NCBI GenBank assembly: GCA_964355175.1
Contig: CAYHBZ010000001.1
Span: 240,523 to 304,522, forward strand
Length of the DNA: 64,000 bases
Reading direction: 5' to 3'
From: an uncultured Gammaproteobacteria bacterium
GTDB taxonomy: Bacteria > Patescibacteriota > Patescibacteriia > Magasanikbacterales > GWA2-37-8
Made by a program: the position numbers and the translations under genes. Shown here piece by piece: positions 10,800-19,149 of this stretch. The notes below the pieces were generated by a model. The model had not been told where the DNA came from, made no database searches, and was given only the letters and a program-made list of their open reading frames with translations. How positions within the stretch are numbered: position 1 is the first letter of the stretch; each line of letters begins with the position of its first letter.

Positions 10800-12713
10800 C
10801 TAATTGGCTAAATAATATACCACAAATACATTATTTTTATAAAGTATAGGAAACGGCAAAGAATGTAAGGCGTAGGTAACTATAAATTTTAACTGTGGTG
10901 TTTCTAATTTAATTTTCAAAAAATCTTTTTCTTTTAATTCTAGATACTTTTTGGTAAGTACCAAATTTGGATCACTACAATAAATGTTGTATTTCTTCCA
11001 AAAATCTTTTCCAAATAATAATTCTCCGCGATAGAGTATTCTTTGAGCCATATCTTTGTCATGTTGCAAAAGTCCCAGATCTTCATTTATGAAATAAACC
11101 GGTTTTTGAAAAACTCTACGAAAATCATTCATATGAGGAAGTACAACCCATAGTCCATCTTCGTTATTGTTTATCATAAATGCCTGCAATGAAGCCAATT
11201 CAGCATTTGTATTGAAGGGAACGGTTAACCCTCCTAAGAAATTCTGATATTGATTTCTCTCAAGAATAATATTCTTATTTAAAAATCTCATCAATTGCAG
11301 AGGGGGTATGCTTACATATGAGGAAATATCGGTATTTTGTGAATATGTTTTATCTAAATTGATAAAAACATCATAAGATAGATTTAGATTTTCAAAAGAA
11401 AATTTATTATTAACGCCACTAATAATGCTATAATCATTATTAGCGGCTTGACTCATTAAAATATTTTTTTTTATTATTATATGCCACACCGACAAAAAAA
11501 ATATGATTGTAAGAAAAATTCCAAAACGCTCCTCACATCTATTGGTTTTGAGGCTGTTTATAACAATTGCTAATTTTTTAAATTTATTATAAAAATAATC
11601 TTTCCTAACTTCCAAAAAAGTTAATAAATACCTGGATAAAAATACTAGAGATAAAAACAAAAAAAATCTTACCCAACCATAACTTCTTGGCAATTGAATA
11701 TTAATATAATTTTTCACTATAAAATTAGGCAGGATATTTGAATAAATTTCTATCAATGCGCCAAAAACTGGAAGCAGCAACAGAACAAAACTTGTTATCA
11801 AAAAAGGCAAAAAGTTGGTAGGATATGGCTTATAAGCTTTTTGTTTATAAGTAATTATAAATAATGATAAAGTAGTTAAGAAAAATAATCCGTAAACTAG
11901 ATAATGCACTGCTCTAAAAGAACGAACTACAGACCATTCAAATACCAGCTTATTGGCTACAAAAAAATATTCACTTGTGCTTAGGAAAATCGGTTTTAAA
12001 TCTCCCCACTCGGGTTTGAAATAAAGCAAAAATGCTATATTAAAAATGATGGTCAAAATAAAAAAGCCAAAAAACTTCCAGTTAATTTTTTTATTCAAAA
12101 CTAAATATATAAAATATGACAAAAATATAATATGAATATAAAAAGCATTTAGAGGATGGACAAAAGACTGAAAAATTACAATCAAAATGGCCGACCAATA
12201 CCTTTCGCTTAATACCAAAAATAGAAATAGAAGGTTTAAAAACGCACTAACAAGACGGTAATTTAATTCCAAGTTAGCACTATAATCCCATACAGAAAAT
12301 TCAATCCCCATCAAAATAACTACCGCGGTCGCTGCTAGTAATTTTATGTTAAAATTTTTAGAATATCTTCCTAAAAGGATATTGGCGATTTTAAAAGTAA
12401 ATAGGTAGTTAGCGGCCTGCAACAAAGAAACAAGAAATCTCTCAAAAAAAGGAACTTTTTGAATAAAAGGACTAATGAAAAAAAATATATTGAATCTAGA
12501 AACCATAAAACGATTTTTAATATCGCTTAAGCCTACCGAATCTGGATAGAATAATTTATCTACAAACGGCCACTTATAAATATGCAAGGCGAATAAAAAA
12601 TAAACCAAAAAAATAGATAAAAAAAATAATATATCAAAAATACGTTCCTTGCTTGGCGCAAAAACGGATAAAAAATATTTTAGATATTTATTTTTAATAA
12701 AATTTTGATTCAT
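10800..12713 (-). CDS. Polytopic membrane protein with a C-terminal soluble domain. Putative GT-C-type glycosyltransferase.
   Basis: Same architecture as the neighbour at 8939-10654. No specific motif recognised. Confidence 0.4.
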   Translation of the reverse strand: MNQNFIKNKYLKYFLSVFAPSKERIFDILFFLSIFLVYFLFALHIYKWPFVDKLFYPDSVGLSDIKNRFMVSRFNIFFFISPFIQKVPFFERFLVSLLQAANYLFTFKIANILLGRYSKNFNIKLLAATAVVILMGIEFSVWDYSANLELNYRLVSAFLNLLFLFLVLSERYWSAILIVIFQSFVHPLNAFYIHIIFLSYFIYLVLNKKINWKFFGFFILTIIFNIAFLLYFKPEWGDLKPIFLSTSEYFFVANKLVFEWSVVRSFRAVHYLVYGLFFLTTLSLFIITYKQKAYKPYPTNFLPFLITSFVLLLLPVFGALIEIYSNILPNFIVKNYINIQLPRSYGWVRFFLFLSLVFLSRYLLTFLEVRKDYFYNKFKKLAIVINSLKTNRCEERFGIFLTIIFFLSVWHIIIKKNILMSQAANNDYSIISGVNNKFSFENLNLSYDVFINLDKTYSQNTDISSYVSIPPLQLMRFLNKNIILERNQYQNFLGGLTVPFNTNAELASLQAFMINNNEDGLWVVLPHMNDFRRVFQKPVYFINEDLGLLQHDKDMAQRILYRGELLFGKDFWKKYNIYCSDPNLVLTKKYLELKEKDFLKIKLETPQLKFIVTYALHSLPFPILYKNNVFVVYYLAN

Positions 12714-12721
12714 GCTTTATA

Positions 12722-13759
12722 TTAAAAAAACATCTTAAAAAATGAAAGTGCGCCCTGTTTCCAAGGTACTCGATGAGATACGCCAGACTGACCTTTAAAT
12801 TTTTCTAAATTAGCCAAATACCAATCATAATTTCGCACCAATGCCTGCTTATTGGAAAATTTTGGTGCATACCCCAAGACTCTTTGGGCTTTTTCTATTG
12901 AAACAAAGCTGTCTTTTGAAGCGGTTTCATATACCCATTTATAAAGAGGAGACAGATGAAAAGCCTCAAGAAACCGCAACATCAGAATCATAGGCCAAGC
13001 AGGAAACCCAACTATTTTTTTATTAAAACCAGCCTTATCCAATACGGCCTGATAGTCTTCTTTCATGGTGGTAAATTCTTTGGCGCCAATATTAAAAGTA
13101 TCGTTGACTTTTTCTTTAGGCAAAGTAGCGCATAAGTAGATAGCGTCACAAAGATCTTCTACATCGAGCAGTTGATAACGGTTGTGACCACTTCCGATCA
13201 TTGGAAAATTTTTGCCGTCTTTGGCCCAATCATAAAATAAAGCAAATACGCCCAAACGTTCCGGTCCAATAAATGATTTAGGCCTGATAATTGGCACACA
13301 CATGCCCTGACGGGCCGATTCTAAACAGGCGATCTCAGCTAAAATTTTAGCCTGCCCATAAGGTCCTACCCCTTCTAGCTTATCATCTTCCGCGAGCGGA
13401 TGATGGTCAGGAATACCATAAACGGCCGTAGAAGAAACATGGATGACCCTGTCCACTTGGTGATTTTTGGCGCTAAGTAAAATATTTTTGGTGCCTTGAA
13501 CATCAGTAGAAAATATATCTTCTTCTTTATAAAGTGGCAAAGCCGCGGCGCAATGAATTACCACATCCACTCCGATCATTGCTTGGTCGACTTGTTCCAT
13601 ATTCCTAGTATCATATACAAGCGCTTCGATTTTATCTTTTTCAGGATAATCAAACGGCATAATATCAAGTGATCTTACCACGTGACCTTTACTCAATAAA
13701 TATCTAACTAAACTTATTCCTAAAAAGCCAGATCCACCTGTAATTAAATAACGAGACAT
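12722..13759 (-). CDS. NAD-dependent epimerase/dehydratase (extended SDR family)
   Basis: MSRYLITGGSGFLGISLVRYLL Rossmann motif ... YGQAK (YxxxK). Confidence 0.8.
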   Translation of the reverse strand: MSRYLITGGSGFLGISLVRYLLSKGHVVRSLDIMPFDYPEKDKIEALVYDTRNMEQVDQAMIGVDVVIHCAAALPLYKEEDIFSTDVQGTKNILLSAKNHQVDRVIHVSSTAVYGIPDHHPLAEDDKLEGVGPYGQAKILAEIACLESARQGMCVPIIRPKSFIGPERLGVFALFYDWAKDGKNFPMIGSGHNRYQLLDVEDLCDAIYLCATLPKEKVNDTFNIGAKEFTTMKEDYQAVLDKAGFNKKIVGFPAWPMILMLRFLEAFHLSPLYKWVYETASKDSFVSIEKAQRVLGYAPKFSNKQALVRNYDWYLANLEKFKGQSGVSHRVPWKQGALSFFKMFF

Positions 13760-13762
13760 AGA

Positions 13763-15064
13763 TTAAAAATAAAAAATACAAAACATAAATATTAACCAAG
13801 ATAACACACTTAAAAAAATAGTCTTGTCTTTATAAAATAATTTTTCAGGAAATTCTGCACCATGAGAAGTATGCACAATATTGAGATAGCGAAAGATGCC
13901 AATAATTACAAAAACGATGGAATAAACCGTAAGATCGGAAGTAACTCCCAAGATCGTATAGATCCCATATATCACTAAAGTCAACGAAGCGGCGATGGAT
14001 AATAGGTGGTCAAGAAGACTAAGGTTGTAACTTTTTAAAACCGTTCGAATATTAGAACCAGCTAACTCACTTCTTCTTTTACCCACCGTAATAAATAGCG
14101 CCACAAAAATTACCATTAGTATTAGCCAACGAGAAATAAAAGTGTCAGTGGCCAAACCACCAGCAACTACGCGCAAAAGATAACAGAGCGATACGCAAAT
14201 AAGATCAAAAATCGCTACATTTTTAATATAAAAAGAATAAACTAAATTTATAACCAGGTATAAAAATATAGGCAATATAATAGAAGCAGCAAACATATAT
14301 ACTACCCAAGCTCCCACCAAAAAAAGCACCGCGGCTATGCCTACCGCCTCTCTTAGAGAAACAGCGCCGCTGGCAATTGGTCGAACACATTTGAGCGGAT
14401 GACGAGCGTCTACTTCTCTATCCGCGATATCATTTACGACATAAACCAAGCTGGCAAAAAAACAGAAGGCTACAAAGGCTGCAAGCGCTTCTTCAAATTT
14501 TGATGAAAAAAATAATTCCTTGGCGAAAAAAATCGGTATAAATACGGCTAAATTCTTTATCCATTGTTGCGGCCTCATCAATAAAAGATAATTTCTAAAT
14601 TTACTAATAAATCCGATCATATATTTAAAAATATCGTCAATCAAATAAGTAATTTTGGTAAATACACTGTCGTTATCTGATTTTATTCTAGACACATAGA
14701 TAAAATCTGCTTCAATATTATAGGCAAACCGTGCATCAGTAAGATATTTATCCCCAATAACCAGGGAATCCAAATTTTGCTCATTTTTTACCAAATCTAA
14801 TATTTTTTTATTTGGTTTTCGGTAAGTGGTATCTAAAAAAATAGCGCCGCTTAGACTTTCAATTTTTAGATTTCTATTATTTTTATTTTTTTTATTTGAA
14901 CATAAATAAACTTTATTTTTGGTAACCAGCTCTTTGATTTTATTAATTAAATGAACTTCGACTTCATCGCGGCCATCGGAAGTAATAGTGCCGTCAATAT
15001 CCAAAAAAATAATTTTATTCTCAATCTTATTCGTATCTATATCCGCAAAAGAAGTTGGCTTCAT
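13763..15064 (-). CDS. Fusion of an N-terminal HAD-like phosphatase domain with a UbiA-family prenyltransferase (decaprenyl-phosphate phosphoribosyltransferase-like)
   Basis: IIFLDIDGTITSDG (HAD motif I DxDGT), then RPQQWIKNLAVF...YVVNDIADREVDARHP (UbiA NDxxDxxxD) and multiple TM helices. Confidence 0.65.
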   Translation of the reverse strand: MKPTSFADIDTNKIENKIIFLDIDGTITSDGRDEVEVHLINKIKELVTKNKVYLCSNKKNKNNRNLKIESLSGAIFLDTTYRKPNKKILDLVKNEQNLDSLVIGDKYLTDARFAYNIEADFIYVSRIKSDNDSVFTKITYLIDDIFKYMIGFISKFRNYLLLMRPQQWIKNLAVFIPIFFAKELFFSSKFEEALAAFVAFCFFASLVYVVNDIADREVDARHPLKCVRPIASGAVSLREAVGIAAVLFLVGAWVVYMFAASIILPIFLYLVINLVYSFYIKNVAIFDLICVSLCYLLRVVAGGLATDTFISRWLILMVIFVALFITVGKRRSELAGSNIRTVLKSYNLSLLDHLLSIAASLTLVIYGIYTILGVTSDLTVYSIVFVIIGIFRYLNIVHTSHGAEFPEKLFYKDKTIFLSVLSWLIFMFCIFYF

Positions 15065-15068
15065 AAAA

Positions 15069-15656
15069 TCATTTTTTAGCGACTATAAAAAAACTCAGGT
15101 AACCATCCGGCGAAGCATTCACTTCTTCAATAGTCATTTTTAATTCCGTGCTTAAAAAGGAAGTAATCACAGTTGGATCTGGCGCCCATAAATGTTGCTT
15201 ATTTATTCCCACGGCCCACATGGCGCAAACCGGATGCGGCAAGTAAAGACAAATATTTCCACCTATTTTAGTTACCCGATGCCATTCTCTAAGCGCCTCT
15301 TTCCAATCAGCCAGATGCTCCAAATTATGGGAAGAAAATACAAAATCCAAAGAGCTGTCTGCTTCTTTAATTTTATATGCGTTTTCATCTACATTATCCT
15401 CAATGGCTTTGGCGTTGTTAAAAGGCCATCTACCCGCCCCAACATCGACTCCCCTGCCTTGGCAATATTTCAAAGCTGACCACTTTACCGCTTCGGCCAT
15501 ATTACCTTTTTTTAAGTAATCAGGGTAAAACTTGCTGGCCTTGTAATAATCCAAACCACTAATTCTAGATCGAACATCTCCAAAGAAAAAGTAGTAAATA
15601 TCGTAAAAAAATGAAAGGATATAACTAATTAGATATTTAAAATATTTCATAGCCAC
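15069..15656 (-). CDS. Class I SAM-dependent methyltransferase (Methyltransf_11-like)
   Basis: GRGVDVGAGRWPF ... SSHNLEHLADW ... LKIGGNICLY. Confidence 0.55.
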   Translation of the reverse strand: MAMKYFKYLISYILSFFYDIYYFFFGDVRSRISGLDYYKASKFYPDYLKKGNMAEAVKWSALKYCQGRGVDVGAGRWPFNNAKAIEDNVDENAYKIKEADSSLDFVFSSHNLEHLADWKEALREWHRVTKIGGNICLYLPHPVCAMWAVGINKQHLWAPDPTVITSFLSTELKMTIEEVNASPDGYLSFFIVAKK

Positions 15657-16765
15657 TATTTAAGTAATAAATCTTGAATTGCCTTAACGACTTGCTCCAC
15701 AGTGATCCGGGAAATATATTTTTTCACCTCGCTTACCCTTACCGGACCCAAGCCGTTATAAAGGCACACAGGTGGAGGTGGATTCAGATAAACTGCTGAG
15801 AGTTTATTGGCTGAATTAGACAAAAATGGTAAACGTAATTTGGGATCTACCGTTATAAATATAGAAACTGATCTTGGAGCCAAAATATAAGCCAAATGAC
15901 TTGGGCCAGAATCCAAACCTAAATAAAATTTTGATCGCGCCAAGATATAAGCGGTTTGAGGCAAAGTGGTAATTCCAGATAGATTGACTACCCGATCACC
16001 AAATCTCTTTAGTAAGCTCATATAGGTATCGGCCAGATCTGTGTTTTCCTTACTACTATCACCAATAATTATCAATTTATCGACTAAATTTTTATCAAGC
16101 ACCAGACTAATTACTTCCACGAATTTTTCCACCGGCCATTGTCTGTCTGGCCATTTGGACAAAGCCCCCAAGACAAAATATTTATATCCACCCAATAGAT
16201 TATCAAATAAGTCCGGCTTGTCTTGTTTAATTTCTGGATAAATTAAATTATTTTCTTTAATAATTTTAGGATCTAATTCTCGTTTAGCAGCCTCTCCTAA
16301 CAGACCAACCAATTTGAGTGTTCTATGTAAATAATGTTCGCCGCGCAGATCGTATCCACATTTTTTTTGAAAAAAATTTGATTGGCTAATTGGCTTGACA
16401 AAATAACCAAACCAGTATCTCGATTTCAAAATATATTTAAGATGTTTTAAATTTAAAGTGGGAGAAATTACCAAGTCAAAATTTTCATCTTTCAACTTTT
16501 TATAATTTATAAATTCTATCCCTTCAAAATTCACTATTGGTGGCACCGTAGTTATTAGACTAATTTTTGCTTGTGGAAAAATATTTTTAATATATTGAAT
16601 GGCTGGAGATAACATAATCAGATCACCAATGCCAAGAGGTGGCAAAAAGAGGACACCAATATTACTAATTTCCCCCAATGTTTTTTTCTTAAATGAACAT
16701 AATTCCAAAAATATGAATAAAATATTCATCGCTAAAATTTTTATATACAATTTAATTTTATTCAT
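15656..16765 (-). CDS. Glycosyltransferase family 9 (heptosyltransferase). Start assigned to internal MNKIKLYI to avoid overlapping the upstream gene.
   Basis: VLFLPPLGIGDLIMLSPAIQYIKNIFPQAKISLITT (GT9 N-terminus) and C-terminal LSGITTLPQTAYILARSKFYLGLDSGPSHLA. Confidence 0.65.
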   Translation of the reverse strand: MNKIKLYIKILAMNILFIFLELCSFKKKTLGEISNIGVLFLPPLGIGDLIMLSPAIQYIKNIFPQAKISLITTVPPIVNFEGIEFINYKKLKDENFDLVISPTLNLKHLKYILKSRYWFGYFVKPISQSNFFQKKCGYDLRGEHYLHRTLKLVGLLGEAAKRELDPKIIKENNLIYPEIKQDKPDLFDNLLGGYKYFVLGALSKWPDRQWPVEKFVEVISLVLDKNLVDKLIIIGDSSKENTDLADTYMSLLKRFGDRVVNLSGITTLPQTAYILARSKFYLGLDSGPSHLAYILAPRSVSIFITVDPKLRLPFLSNSANKLSAVYLNPPPPVCLYNGLGPVRVSEVKKYISRITVEQVVKAIQDLLLK

Positions 16766-16772
16766 AACTAAA

Positions 16773-17822
16773 CTACGCATTTGAAATATATTTAGCAACA
16801 TCCAATAAATCATTTGCCATAAAATCTGCTTTTATTTCAAACTCTTTATCAGCACAAGCGTGGCCAGTTTTTACTCCAATGGTTTTACATCCCGCGGATT
16901 GACCAGCAAGAATATCCGAGGTTTTGTCGCCAACAATAAAACACTTACTAAAATCCAAATCCAACTCTTCTTTTCCTCTTTCCAATAAACCTGTTTTTGG
17001 CTTACGACAATTACAATTATCTCTTTTTGAATGTGGACAAAAATATATTTTATCAATTATGATTCCATTTTGATCACACTCTTTTAACATTACTCTATTA
17101 ACTTTATAAAAATCTTCTTTGGTGAAGTAACCTAGACCTATACCTGCTTGCGTTGTAATGACTATGATTTTATATCCTAAATCTTGCATTTTTTTCATTC
17201 CGGCTAAAGCATTTTTTTCAAAAACAAATTTTTCAGGTTCATGCAAATATTCGATTTCTTTGTTTATCACACCATCTCTATCCAAAAAAACGGCCTTTTG
17301 TTGAACGCGCTTATCTTCTTTAACACTAGTGTCGGTTACGCCAGTATATAATTTTAGAATTTTTTCGATCAACTTTGATGTAGAAATTCCATCTACAGCT
17401 GGCAATACAATTACTTCACCACCTTTATCTTTTATAATACCTGCGCTAGTCAATTGTTCTGGTGTATAATCTCCGGCTTTAAAGTAATAATCAGGCTGTA
17501 ATAGCTCCAAATTTTTTGCATTCCTTCTTTCTTCAAACAAAAAAACATAATCAATACTACTTAAAGCAGCCATAACTCTTAACCTGTCTTCTTCCCCCAC
17601 CAAAGGTCTTTTCTCTCCCTTATAAATTTTTACTGAGCTATCAGAGTTGATACCGGCCACTAAAACATCACACTGATTTTTTGCCTGCTCAAGAAAAGAA
17701 ACATGGCCGGCATGTAAAATATCAAAAACACCGCTGGTAAAACCTATTTTTTTACCGCCCTTTCTTTGTTCATCTAAAATTTTTACCAAATCTTCTCTAC
17801 TAACAATTTTACTTGCAATCAT
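16773..17822 (-). CDS. Bifunctional D-beta-D-heptose-1-phosphate adenylyltransferase (HldE domain II-like) fused to D,D-heptose-1,7-bisphosphate phosphatase (GmhB-like, HAD)
   Basis: FTSGVFDILHAGHVSFLEQAK (cytidylyltransferase HxGH). Then AVFLDRDGVIN ... CNCRKPKTGLL ... IVGDKTSDILAG (GmhB motifs). Confidence 0.75.
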   Translation of the reverse strand: MIASKIVSREDLVKILDEQRKGGKKIGFTSGVFDILHAGHVSFLEQAKNQCDVLVAGINSDSSVKIYKGEKRPLVGEEDRLRVMAALSSIDYVFLFEERRNAKNLELLQPDYYFKAGDYTPEQLTSAGIIKDKGGEVIVLPAVDGISTSKLIEKILKLYTGVTDTSVKEDKRVQQKAVFLDRDGVINKEIEYLHEPEKFVFEKNALAGMKKMQDLGYKIIVITTQAGIGLGYFTKEDFYKVNRVMLKECDQNGIIIDKIYFCPHSKRDNCNCRKPKTGLLERGKEELDLDFSKCFIVGDKTSDILAGQSAGCKTIGVKTGHACADKEFEIKADFMANDLLDVAKYISNA

Positions 17823-17837
17823 ATAAATACTGACTTT

Positions 17838-19142
17838 TTAATTTTCCATCTTTCTACTATCCTCCACACGATATGAATCAGATTCTTCATGATGGGTACT
17901 TATCTCCAAAATCTCAGAATCTTCCAAACCACCAAATCGATGTTTGACTCCCGGTAAAATTCTAATAAAATTACCGGCGGTCATTGTTAGTATTTCGGAG
18001 CCAGCTTCCACTCTTACTTTACCTTTTAATATTAAAAATGTCTCATCTTTATTTTTATGATAATGCAAACTACATTGATAACCCTTGTTTAAAACCAATA
18101 TTTTACTACAATATTTATCATTATTTTCTATCCATTTTTCATATCCCCATACTTTGGAATAAATATTGAGATCATCAATATGCATACCATCTCCACCAAG
18201 TAAAGTTCTAATTTCATCAATGGTCACAGTGGCGGTACCAATTTTTTGCACCACCAATTGCGCGCCGTAGTTAGCCAATTGGGCCGCTTCTACGAAGTTG
18301 GCTCCAGATAAAATTGCCAAAAAAGCCACCGCCACTACCGTATCACCTGCCCCAGAAACATCGCAAACCTTAACTTTATGGACCAACAGATGGTTTATAT
18401 TTTCCTGCTTATCTATCGCTAAAATACCATTACTACCCATAGTCAAAAGAATATTGGAATAGTTCATTTTTGATAATTTCAATCCAGCTTCCTGTGCCTC
18501 CTTGGCACCGGTTATTTCAAGAGCTTCTTTAAGATTGGGAGTGAGATAATCCACGCCCACAAAATTAGCACTATTTTGTGGTTTAATATCAGCGATAATA
18601 ATTTTATCTTTCTCTTTGATAGCTTTAATTATTTTAGAAGTAAAATCGGCGGAAAAAAGTCCTTTGGCATAATCCGACAATACTACACCATCACACCAAT
18701 CTATCTTTTCTAAAATTTTATTGAACAAAACAGACTCTTGTTCGGAATTAAAACCATCAACCACTTCTTCATCAGCCCGCAAAATCTGCTGATTGCCGGC
18801 TATATATCGGTGCTTAATGGTAGTAGTACGATTTTCAAGCATAATCACACAATCGTGATTTATTCCAAATTTTTCCAACATCCCTAATATTCTCTCCCCA
18901 CCCTCATCATCCCCCATAAAACCAGCCAGGCTTACTTGAGCTCCCAACGACAATAAATTATTTGAGACATTTGAAGCCCCACCTAAAATAAATTTATCCT
19001 CAGTATTGTTCAGAACTGGGACTGGCGCCTCCGGAGAAATTCTATTAACTTGGCCGTAAGTATACCAGTCCAACATAATATCACCGATGACCAAAACATT
19101 TTTTGTTTTAAATTTATCCACTATTTTAATTAGATTATTCAT
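17838..19142 (-). CDS. PfkB-family heptose-7-phosphate kinase (HldE domain I-like) fused to a C-terminal type-II PMI-like cupin domain
   Basis: VLVIGDIMLDWYTYGQVNRISPEAPVPV ... DVSGAGDT. C-terminal WGYEKWIENNDKYCSKILVLNKGYQCSLHYHKNKDETFLILKGKVRVEAG...ILPGVKHRF (cupin). Confidence 0.7.
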   Translation of the reverse strand: MNNLIKIVDKFKTKNVLVIGDIMLDWYTYGQVNRISPEAPVPVLNNTEDKFILGGASNVSNNLLSLGAQVSLAGFMGDDEGGERILGMLEKFGINHDCVIMLENRTTTIKHRYIAGNQQILRADEEVVDGFNSEQESVLFNKILEKIDWCDGVVLSDYAKGLFSADFTSKIIKAIKEKDKIIIADIKPQNSANFVGVDYLTPNLKEALEITGAKEAQEAGLKLSKMNYSNILLTMGSNGILAIDKQENINHLLVHKVKVCDVSGAGDTVVAVAFLAILSGANFVEAAQLANYGAQLVVQKIGTATVTIDEIRTLLGGDGMHIDDLNIYSKVWGYEKWIENNDKYCSKILVLNKGYQCSLHYHKNKDETFLILKGKVRVEAGSEILTMTAGNFIRILPGVKHRFGGLEDSEILEISTHHEESDSYRVEDSRKMEN

Positions 19143-19149
19143 ATCAACT

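Noticed and set aside
16599-17056. Small ORFs 16599-16784+ and 16871-17056- near the GT9/HldE junction
   Set aside because: They are embedded in coding sequence of the larger motif-supported genes.
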